Assembly (NCBI GenBank): GCA_973895155.1 | Contig: OZ316895.1 | Span: 4,451,659 to 4,515,658 of the forward strand | Source: Marsupella aquatica | Taxonomy: Eukaryota; Plantae; Marchantiophyta | Direction of reading: 5' to 3' | DNA length: 64,000 nucleotides | Part shown: positions 12,589 through 22,766 of the stretch, piece by piece | How the letters are laid out: each line of letters starts with the position of its first letter | Numbering within the stretch: the stretch's first letter is position 1 | Program-made: the position numbers and the translations under genes | Notes under the pieces: model-generated | What the model saw: only the letters and a program-made list of their open reading frames with translations | Database searches by the model: none | Told to the model about the DNA's origin: nothing

Positions 12589-13191
12589 ATGCCTCCCGCA
12601 ATCCCTCCACTTTCAGAACTGACGTTGTGATCGATTTCCCATAGAAATCGAAACAGGTCCAAAAGAGACAAAACTCAGTCTCAAAAGAGACAAAACACAC
12701 CACCGTTCTCGCTCCATCACTAAATCGACAGAGTGCCTTAAGCCAACATCTCTAAACCCGGGAGTCTTCGGCTATGGACAGGAGAAGGGGCAAAGAGCTG
12801 GAATGGGAAGGGTGAGTGAAGAATTAACTCTTCATTGAAGTGATGTTCTGGATTTCGCATTTGACATTGAAACTAATGCAACGCCCTACTCTACTTTTGC
12901 AGGAATTGCAGGAAGAGAGCATACATTCCTGATGTTTGTGAAGCTTCACCTTGTACGTCCAGCTCTCTCCTACCTGGCTCGGGACATGAACATGTGAAGA
13001 CATAAACCAGGTCAGTGAGAAGTGAAGTTCAATTTTAGCAAAAGGGAAAGAAATGACCAGGACTGCCAATTCCTCATGTATATGCTTTCGATTAGACTCA
13101 GATTTTGCCTCACTGCATCAGCCATCACCTGGCTAAATTTTTGACTACTTGCTGAGAGGATAGCACTCCATTCGGATTGCTTGCAGTGCCT

Positions 13192-14034
13192 TCACTCTCT
13201 CCCGAACGATGGACTTGCCCCGGGGCCCGAGTATGAGGGGAGATTTGTCCGTGAAGCCTGCTGAATCCCATCATAGTACTTTGGATGTACCCTACCAGCA
13301 TTCCACTTCTCCACAAACGCCTCAATGAATCCGTGAGTCTTCTTCAAACTTACGTCAGACAAATACACTTCCCGGTCCTGTTTCAACCATGTTGCAAACT
13401 CACTGCTCTTCAAGAAACAATCATCAACAGAGATCTTCTACACCTTCCTGCCCAAAGCTTCAATCTCATGCGAGTTTGATTCTTCTTTCTATTTATGTTT
13501 CTTCATAAGTTTCTTGGCCTCCTTAAGTAACCTCTCTTTCTTCTCTGCCTTGCTATCCTCTAGGACCTCCTCATCACGGTCTTTGTGGCTACTGCTTCGA
13601 CGCCTCTTTTTTTGCTTCTTACTGTTCTTCTCTTTTGAATCTTTTTTGCTCCTCCGTGAGCTTCTCCTCAAGTTGTGCTCCTTTCGTGTCCTCTCTCTCT
13701 TAGGGCGCTCCCCATCGCTGTTCTTCCCAAGGACAAAGAGTGCTCTGAAGAGGTAGAGCTTGACGAAAGGGAGGCTGGCGAGTCAGAATCAGACGATTCA
13801 TGCTTTGTCCTTTGTTTCATCCGAGAGCGATCTTTCCTCTCTAGACTGCAACTTCAACTTTGGCTCCGGCTTCAATGTCAATGGCTCTTCTTGTCACTCG
13901 ACGCTCCTTCTTGCTCTTTGTCTCCATCTCGAGCACGCCTGTTGTGGGGCGAGTCTCATTGTCCATCAGCCTCCTTCTTGTCCAAAGAATTGGGCCCACT
14001 TGTGCTCCATCGCTAATGTTCTCTCGTCCCCCAT
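13192..14034 (-). pseudogene. Style cell-cycle inhibitor 1 (SCI1)-like gene, decayed and intronless, transposon cargo
   Basis: A K/R/S-rich N-terminal half is followed by ISVDD.F.KSSEFATWLKQDREVYLSDVS.....FIEAFVEKWNAGRV.PKYYDGI, matching the SCI1 C-terminal motif. It has several in-frame stops and an early frameshift. Confidence 0.75.
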
Positions 14035-14084
14035 TTTGTTTCGTGGAAGAAGCTTAGAGTTAAAGCTTCAGCTCGTAGTGATCA

Positions 14085-14360
14085 ATCTCCAGCTCAAACT
14101 CTTTGGCCTGCTCTGCTCTGATCTTTCTCGTTGGCCCGGATACTCCGGCCACACTCTCCACCTGAGCCTCAACTCTTTCCTCATGGCGTCTCACATTTTC
14201 TCGAAGAGCATGGACTGATCCTAACGTTCTGGTCCGAATGCTGAAAGAGCTCAGGCAGCATTTTCTTGCCAATTGAATGAGCAAGTGCGGAATTGGCATC
14301 CACCCTCACCTTCCAGTTCTTGTGTGCGAGCCTCTCCTCCCATGATAGCTTCTTTGGGAG
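14085..14360 (-). pseudogene. MOR1: Stitched fragments of MOR1/XMAP215 TOG1 domain, transposon cargo
   Basis: KKLSWEERLAHKNWKVRVDAN.L, KMLPELFQHSDQNVR and SMLFEKM*DAMRKEL/EAQV.....GPTRKIRAEQAKE match three separate N-terminal segments of plant MOR1 (KKLPWEDRL.HKNWKVRNEAN; KMLPELFDHQDQNVR; SILFEKMRDTMKKELEAEL...KPTRKIRSEQDKE). Confidence 0.85.
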
Positions 14361-14647
14361 CGAGGCGAGGCATTTGGATGATGCAGTACGAGTTAGCAAA
14401 GTCACTGCGTCACGCCATTCAGAGCATATGGACACATTCATAAGTCTCTGGTCAATCCCTCAACAAACTCCTTCATTACAGCCTATGTTGTTGTCCAGAC
14501 CGATCGATTGACCTGCGTTTTGTAGCTCCAAAAAGTTTTAAAGTTGTTGTGAGGCAAGGTCTTTATGTGCTCGTTCATGCCATTCATTTGTTGCAGGAAC
14601 TGTTGAAGGTGCTGCAGGATTTCTGCCCCTGCCATTTGTCGACAGCC

Positions 14648-16632
14648 ATGGCAAGACATCCCCGTGGGACAGCACACGAGAAGCGACGGACTTACTCACT
14701 TAAGTTCAAGTTGGACGTCATTCGAGAGTATGACCCAAACGTCAAGGGGCAAGGCTTTGGGGCACTTGCCAAAAATTTTGGAGTGCCCCGATCCGCTTTG
14801 AGAGGATGGTATGAGAAAAAGGCAGAATTGCAAGCCTCTCTTAAGGATGACAAGATCTCAACCTGAAAATCTCGTAGGTTAAGGGGAGGTGGGCGGAGGC
14901 CATTGATGCCCAAAATGGAGGAGGAGCTTCATAATTGGATCCTGGCGCAAAATGAGAAGGGGTTGAGGGTGAAGGATTTGTACATCTCTAAGATGGGCTT
15001 GAAGATTGCTGAGAGGATGGCTACCAACACCCGACAATGAGGAATTGATGACGTTTAAAGTGTCAACAGGTTGGTTGGACAGGTTCAAAAAGCGACATGA
15101 CCTGGTGTCGAGGAGACATACAACTAATTGCAAGTTACCAGACAATGCTGCTGATTTGTGTTGACCATTCATTCAGGAGTGCCAAGAATTGATTGACACT
15201 CACAAAATCAAGCCCAAAAACATTATCAACATGGACCAGGTGCCACGGTACTATGAGACAGAGCCGAGGTCAACCATTACTACCCGAGGCAGTCGAACCG
15301 TGATGATGAGAAAAGGTGGTACCAGCCATAAACGGTTCACTATTACCTTGTCCATAACAGGGGAAGGCAAACATTTGAAGCCACACATTCTAATTTCAAA
15401 ACGGAAGAACAAACCTGAAGTCCCGCTTGGCGTGTTTGTTGAGGTTAACCAAACTGGTAAATAAAATTCTTTCATTATCTATTTGTGTGGAGAGCTTTTC
15501 TTTCTGACTTTCTTATGAAGCATGGTATTTAGGGAGAATGTAAAGATAATTTTTTGTAATTGTACTTAATGTAACCAAATTTGTAAGGATGCAGGTATGT
15601 GGAATGAACGGATATGCTGGGAACACTTCAATGAAACAGTGATGAAGCGAGGTGAGACCCAATTCTACCGGGAGCCCACTTTGTACATCATTGACACATA
15701 TGGTCCCCACCTGAAGTGGCCCAAGGCACATGCGAAGGTACTGGAGGACTACAATGTGTTTGTGCGTATTGTGCCAGCGAACTTGACCTCCCTATTGCAG
15801 CCTCTTGACGTTGCAGTGAACCGAAGCTACCAGGCAGATTATGCGACGCAATACGACACTTACATTGCAGATGCCTTAAGTAATCCACAGATGCAAACAA
15901 CTGCTGGGAACCCTAAAGTTCCAGCTGCCAAGGTGGTGACAGAATGGGCACTTTCATGGATTGACAATTGTGAGAAGGAGGACATGGCAAATGCATTTAG
16001 GGTAAGATGAAATTTTGTTTAATTTTATGTGGCATTTGGCATATATTTCTTGATGAATCCTAAATTGATGTATCTTGTACTCACAGGTTTGTGGCTTGGT
16101 GCCAAGCTCACAATTTGCAGTGGAAAACCTACATCCTCCACTTAGAGCATTGTACATGGCAGACTTGGACTTGGCCGAATGGAGTGAACAATATGGGCAT
16201 GTACTTGAAGAGAGTGAAGAATTGCGCCCCACTCTCCTCATTGAGCCACCTACATGGTTTTGTCCTGAGGAGGATTACTCTCTATTTAGATGCCTTCTTC
16301 GTTGCAACGGTATTCACGGAACTGATGTGGATGAATATCTTGACACCTATGTGATAAAGTTGGTGGTGCACATGTCAATGTGTCCTGATCTTGATGACAT
16401 TTTTGATGACAATGCTGCAGCTGATATGGTGAGTGGAGAAATGGTGGCAAGTACCTTGGCAGTGTTTGCAGCTTCTCAATTGGAGGAATGGGAGATTGAG
16501 CTCACAGAAGTGAATCTGGATATCAAGATCATCCAAAACTTTGTTTACAGGGTGGAGGAACCTGTGAAGCGAGTTCATTTAGCAAGAAGTGGCAATTATT
16601 TTTGTATGCAGCTCGATGAAGGGTTCATGTAG
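14648..16632 (+). pseudogene. pogo-type transposase (BrkDBD/psq-like HTH + CENP-B HTH + DDE_1) with C-terminal extension; 3 exons, disabled
   Basis: Exons 14648-15456, 15595-16001 and 16087-16632 (GT-AG). Motifs RRTYSLKFKLDVI, GGGRRP, FKVSTGWLDRFKKRH, NMDQVP, IIDTYGPH and PANLTSLLQPLDVAVN. TGA stops at 14864 and ~15162 and a frameshift near 15028. Confidence 0.9.
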
Positions 16633-17742
16633 TGTTTATAAAAAACACTTGTTGGGTGATTCTTTTCTTGGGCATGTGCTCCTTGTGTCACTATGAGAGT
16701 TATGAGATCTATGTAAGGACTGGTTTGTTTCAATGAGAGTCGTATTATGTAACTCTCATAGGGACACAAGGTGAACTTGTCCAAGTCTCCTTGGTTATGT
16801 GATTTTATTGTGCTGTTAGAAAACTTTTTATTGTAAGTTTGAGGCAACCAAACAATTGTCTTATGGTATGACATGTACTAAGTTCACAATAGTGACTTTT
16901 TGGAACAATTTTTAGATATTGTTGTTTGTCATAAATTTGGTACTTATGATTTGCAAGGTCTGTTCTCTTAATTAGCTTCCCTTGTAATTCCAGCGTTTGA
17001 ATTACCTACACATTCCCAAACACTTTATTTAAGACTTCAGTTTGTGCTTACACAATACATTAATCTCCTAACCTTGTACACAACGTCCTAAACTCAAACA
17101 CAACGCCATTTTCAAACACAATGCCATTTTTGAATACAACGCCATTTTCGAACACAGTGCCACTAGGTTAAAAATCCAAAACCATGTCAAAAAAATTGAA
17201 CACAACGCCCAGGGCGCTATATTCGAATATAGCGCCCCCCGACCCACTATTCGAATATAGCGCCCGGGTGTTGTGTTCGGGGAAAGACGGTAGGGGTGCA
17301 CATTTCTTCCATCAATGGTCAGAGAAAACAGCTAATCGAATCCAACGGCTGCGGATCTTTCCTGCCCAGGAGCTTTTTTGAATTAGGACGAATGACAAAA
17401 AAAGGCAGGATCATTTATTATAGTTGTACAGTAGATGATTGCCCCTCAAAACTCTAGCTGGTATTCAATTGTTGTACACTATTTACTGTAGTTAGTGTTA
17501 CTAACACTACTTGTGTAGCTTGCAAAAATTGGAACCACTCTTGAAATAATCAAGATTACTAACACTAACTCTGCAATAACAGTAATTGTGAGTGGTTCAA
17601 TTAGTGTTTCCAATAAAACTAATTATGGAAATCAACTCACATTATTTGTTGTATGAGTATTGATACCAAAACTGTGCCATGAAAGTTGACGAACCTTCTT
17701 ATCAGGTGTAGCCACACTATTTGGCTGTGAAGAATGTGAGCT

Positions 17743-20509
17743 ATATAGGTGAATATCGTCGTGCGGTCCAGGCCCTTTCTCCCACCACACCAGCCCCACC
17801 TGGCGAGGTCACCTTGACGGCCCTGCAGGATCTCCATCCGCAGCCCTATGATCAACTCCCTTTGTTCGTGGAAGATTTTGAGCCTGAGGAGGATCTTCAG
17901 TTTAGTAGGGACCACTTCACCTATGCTTTCCTCCATGCTCCGCGTTGCGCGGCTGGGGGCCCCTCTGGCTATGTCTTTGAGCATTTTCATGATTTATTCC
18001 CCCCTGAGGATCCTCAGTCTGGTTTTCCAGTTTTCTTCTCCTTTTGCCAGTGTATTGCTGCCGGCCGTTTGCCTCCTCCCGTCTCTCGGCTTTTGAGTGC
18101 TTCTCGTTTATTGGCCATGGCTAAGTCTTCACCGGGTGTTCGGCCCATAGCTATTGGAGAGGTTTTTCTTCGTCTGGTGTCTCGCGCACTTTCATCGCAG
18201 TATCGCTCTGCACTATCGGATCATCTCTCTCCACATCAGTTTGCAGTGGGCGTTCCTGGCGGTTGTGAGATAGTTATTGCGGGTATTCGTACTACCTTGG
18301 ACCTCCACCCTGATTGGGTTGTCCTCCAGGTTGATGTCTCCAATGCTTTCAATACGGTTTCTCGGGCAGCAATTTTTCGTGCTTTGAGGGCAGCGGATCC
18401 AGACATCCAGTCCCTTATCCCCTTTGTCCGTTGTTTTTATGGGTTTGAGGCCCCCCTCTTCTACAGTCATCACACCTCTACAGGAGTGTATACCACTCTT
18501 TCTTCTGCAGAAGGTACACGTCAGGGTGACCCTTTGGGTGGGCCTCTTTTTGCCATTGCCCATTTTACTGCTTTACGAGAAGCCTCCGCGGCTCACCCCC
18601 AGTGTATCTTCCCCTCCCTTTCAGATGACACCCACATCATTGGTCCACCTGTTGCTGTTACTTCTGCCCTCGCCACCCTTTCCACCCATTTGTTGGGCCT
18701 CGGTTTACGAGTTCAACCGGTGAAGAGTCGTGCATGGAGTCCAGCTGGGTTACCCTCTGATCTTGCGCTTCCCCCTGGGTTCTTACGTCCTGCCGACGGT
18801 CTTTGGGTCCTTGGCTCCCCAGTCGGTACCGCCTCCTTTTGCTCATCTTTCATTGCTGACGCTCTCCAGGCTGCCTTAGCCCCTACTCCTATGCTCCCTA
18901 AGTTAGCAAACTCTCAGGCAGCATTTGGGTTGTTGTTGAGATGCATCCACCCTCGTGCGTCCTATTTGGCTCGGACACATCCCCCTACCGAGGATCTTTA
19001 TCTACACCTCCGAGCGTTTGATGTCTCCATTCGTGAGACTTTGGCCTCTCTTTTAGGGCCAGGTACTTTACTCTCATCTCCGTGGCTTCATCGACAGCTT
19101 AGTCTTCCTATTTCTCACGGTGGTTTTGGGCTTACTTCCATTGAGCGCCTTGCACCTTTGGCCTTCTTGGGCGCGTGGGCGGCCGCCTTCTCATTGTTGG
19201 CAGATCGTTTCCTTACTGAGGATCGACCTTTTTTACTTTCATCTCTCATGGAGGTCGAGGAGGGTTCCCTCCCATTTTAGGTTCATTTGCGCATGGCGCG
19301 GTCATCATTACCCGATCCTGTTCGAGCTGCGTTACCTTCATTCCAGGAGTTTTTATCCTTGGACCCCGTCCGTCTTCAGGCAGACCTTGCTGGGCGTATG
19401 CACACTTTCACCCTTTCCAGCATCCTCACCAAGGCACCTGACACGGACCGAGCTCGGATTCTTTCTTCCGGAGGGAAGGGCGCAGGAGGCTGGCTTCAGG
19501 CCAATCCAGTCATTCCTCACCTGCGGATGTCTTCAGCGGAGTTTGCGACAGCCATGCGTCTTCGTATGGGCTTGCCCCACCCACTTCTTGCTGGTTTGCC
19601 TCCTACTTGCACTTGTGGGAAGCCTTGTGATGCCACAGGTGTCCATCTTCTTTGATGCAGTTTGGGCGGCGAAACCATTTTTGTTCACGACGCTGTGAGA
19701 GATGCGACTGCTCAGGTTCTCTCTGGCTCTTTGGTCTGCGCGCGGCGGGAGGTGGTGCTCGAGTTACCTGGTCCTCCATCACAGCGGTTACGGGTGGATC
19801 TTACCATGGTCCGTGACGGTCACCGTACTTTGGCAGATGTAGTGGTGGCAAACCCATTGCGCCAAGACATCATTGGGACAGCGGCAACAACGGCAGGGGC
19901 AGCAGCATCACGAGCAGCAACAACGAAGGAGGCCAAATATGCTGCATGAGCTTCATCTGATAGCTTCCTGCCCCTTGCTCTTGAGATATTTGGGCGTCTC
20001 CATCATCAGTTCGACGGGCTTCTTCGCCAAGCTGCTCGGGATGTTCACGGCCAGATGGGTCCCACCGGGCCCCCGCTATCTGTTTTGACCACGCACTTTC
20101 GCCAACGCATTTCAGTCACCTTACAACGTGCTCAAGCTCGGGCCGTCTATCGTCAATCTCTGACAGTGGGTGCTAGTGTGACTCCGCAGCGGCTAGCCCC
20201 CCTAGAGGACATTCCTGTCCCACTTGCCGATCTAGTTTCGACACTTGATGTAGACCACTAGCTTGTTGCCACTTTTGCTAGGTATGATGAGGACCTCGGC
20301 GGTCCATTTGCGGTAGTTTTCGTTCCTCTTTCTTGGTTTTTAGGGGTTTCTTTTTGCTCACTTCTTTTAGTTCCTCTTTCTTGGTTTTTAGTGTTTCCTT
20401 TTGCTCACTTCTTTTGCGTTTGGTTTTGTCCACTTGGGACCTCTCTTGTTTATTCTTTTGTACTCTATTTGGCCTTTTTCTGTAAAAAGTATGTGTATAT
20501 TCTCTTCTC
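17743..20509 (+). mobile_element. 5'-truncated CRE-clade non-LTR retrotransposon (RT + zinc knuckle + restriction-like endonuclease)
   Basis: A single reading frame runs to 20261 with RT motifs (VRPIAIGE, QFAVG..GGCE, DVSNAFN, GTRQGDPLG, LSDD), C-x-C...H and RLE motifs (HD.VRD, RVD, DVVV, KEAKY, PLA.E.FG). Three premature stops at 19278, 19653 and 19947. Candidate 9-bp TSD ATGTGAGCT at 17734-17742 and 20510-20518, with a TTCTC-type tail. Confidence 0.88.
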
Positions 20510-21155
20510 ATGTGAGCTGAAAATATTATGGGAAACAAGAATTTTTGGAGAGTAGCATAGGCAAAGAATACATTAAGTCAAGAGAGCCTAACTAAACCAT
20601 CACATTCATAAATTTTTCTGCTATCACTGGGTTGAGACAACCTCATTCAATTATTAACTACAATAATTGAATAAATACAATAATAAATATAAATAGTATA
20701 TAATAATATAAATATTAAATATAAATAAATACAACTTTAAAGGAACAAAATCCCAAACCAGGAGACATGATCCCAAAGGGGCAAAAACCCAATAAAGGGG
20801 GAAAACAAAGGGAAAATTAGGAAAACACAAGAGCCAAGAAGCCAGAGGGCCTAAAAGCCAAAAAACCCAAACAGCCTAAGAACAAAAGCCATACTGAGCC
20901 ACATACTGAAACACTTGGTAGAGCTCTGGGGTGGACAACATAAGAGGGTGACCAAGAGAGATTTGACTAGAAGCCCTAACACAAAATGCCTTAGCTTGCC
21001 GAAGGATAGTGAAAGCCTGAGCTTGTTGTAGAGCAACAGACCCCCGCTGCTGAAGGAAGCCAGTGAGGACTGAAATAGGGGATAGGGCTGTTGCTCAACA
21101 CAGAAGACTGTGCAGTTCTCTCCCAAGTCAGCCGCTCCGCCCGCCCTCCGCATTA

Positions 21156-21800
21156 CAGTCTACCGTGTCTAAGCGCAGGCTCCCGGGAAGACACCCCGAG
21201 CCTGCAGTTATACACGGTATGCACTACGTGATAAGTGCATGATATTCATATAATGCACTTATGGGTATGTGCCAGCGTTTGAGATTTGTGCACTTATGCA
21301 CGGAAGCTCCCAATTTTGATCAGTCTGCTGCCACACACTGTTTCATGTGTTCACTGTTGCTCTTAATCAGTCCTAAACCTCCATCTCCTTCACATTCTCT
21401 TGTGTAAACCTAGTGATTGTGCTGTCAGGTCACACATAACTCTCTCGTACCCTAAACCCTCGTACAGGCCCTGCCCAAATGCTTTAGTGCACCTTAGTAC
21501 TGTATCTATTTGTTTGCAGCATTATTATGGATAAGTACTTGAAAGTACTCTATGTAATTCTGTCCAGCACTTATAAATAAAAGCATCTTGTCTACCGGAA
21601 GCACTAATTGATAAATGCAAGTGAACTCTTATAGACAGAATGCAGTTATGAATCTTGTCTTTTAGTGATGCCAAGATGCACTTATAAACGGTGCATTTTT
21701 GGGTGCATTTACAAAGGAATGTGCTCTATTTTTTGGGAAGACACCCTGCAATTATCCATGGAATGCAGTAATACACGTAGCACTTATCCACGGTAGACTG
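21156..21800. mobile_element. pogo/Tc1-mariner-type MITE (645 bp)
   Basis: TA|CAGTCTACCGTG ... CACGGTAGACTG|TA, with internal repeated GCACTTAT/ATAAGTGC motifs. Confidence 0.85.
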
Positions 21801-21919
21801 TACTCAGTCGCCCTCGGCATTCAGTCTAGAAACTTGAGCATCCTACACCATATGCTTTGGGCTGTCTATACCCTAGGTCGGTCCCCATTAGAACGAACCT
21901 AGGAATATTCGCCAAGTGA

Positions 21920-21974
21920 GCCGACATTTTCTTCACGGTAGCAACGTGTGGCAGTTCCCATTGGCGCACGTGGC
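21920..21974 (+). promoter_or_regulatory. DRE/CRT core plus ABRE (G-box) cluster upstream of the LTI65-like gene
   Basis: GCCGAC(AT) at 21920, ACGTG near 21944 and CACGTGGC at 21967. This is the motif pairing known from RD29/LTI promoters. Confidence 0.5.
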
Positions 21975-22766
21975 ACGCCAGGTGGCTCTGTGCTCGCCCA
22001 GTCTGCACTGTTCCTCGGGTTTGAGACCCACAAACTCAATCAGCTCATCATGCACCTCCAATCGTCCATGCTTTCGCTCGATCATTGAAGTGCTCCGTTT
22101 CGTGTCAGCTGCGAGCTCAGAATTCGAGGAAGCGTGGTGTTCCGTGGCCGATTGTAATTGGAAGCAGACTGAATTTTTTTCCATTGCCGACGAGAATCTG
22201 ATCTGAGGAGGCGAAGATCACTAGTACCAGTGGCTGATTGCGTTGTGTAAAGAAGGAAAGGAAGATCCGTTGCTGGATTTTGTAGCCACTACGCTAGAAC
22301 TTGATCTCAGGGTTGTGTTGTTCGAAGGACACCAGTTTCTGTGGCCGGCTTGTGATTGGGAAGAGGATAGAAAGAGAGAGAGGTCGATCAGTTGACATCA
22401 GATCTGGCAAGTAGAAGTGGATGATCTTAAAGTGGACTTTATAGTACTCTTTTTCCCTCTGCTCCGCTGATTTAGCACCTTGTCTCATTTGTTTGAGTCG
22501 ACCGATCGATCGATCGATTGATCGCAGCGGTGGTGGAGTGCTGAATGCCGCCGAGCGGCGTGCAAATTGTGGAACATATTACTCCGCACTTCGTTGTAGC
22601 TCCGTCTTAGAAAAGTAGATCCTTCTGTCTTGACCGCGATTTCAGGTGGCGTCTGTGGTGAGTGGCCTTGGTTACATCAGGCGAGACGATTAATTGGCTG
22701 TCTAGAGGACCTGAGACGAGAACAGAGCGCACTAGGTTTATCTGCACCAGCCAGCACGGAGGGTAG

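Larger units (their letters stand above)
11509..17290 (+). mobile_element. pogo-type (Tc1/mariner superfamily) DNA transposon, 5782 bp, carrying captured host gene sequences
   Basis: TA at 11507-08 and 17291-92. The left end CTGTCTTCCCCTGAACACAACACCCGGGCG matches the reverse complement of the right end, CCGTCTTTCCCCGAACACAACACCCGGGCG. Subterminal AACACA(A/G)CGCC arrays lie at both ends, and a DDE_1 transposase is internal. Confidence 0.92.

Noticed and set aside
13514-14218. Plus-strand Leu/Ser/Phe-rich ORFs
   Set aside because: Reverse complement of the K/R/E-rich SCI1-like and MOR1 cargo.
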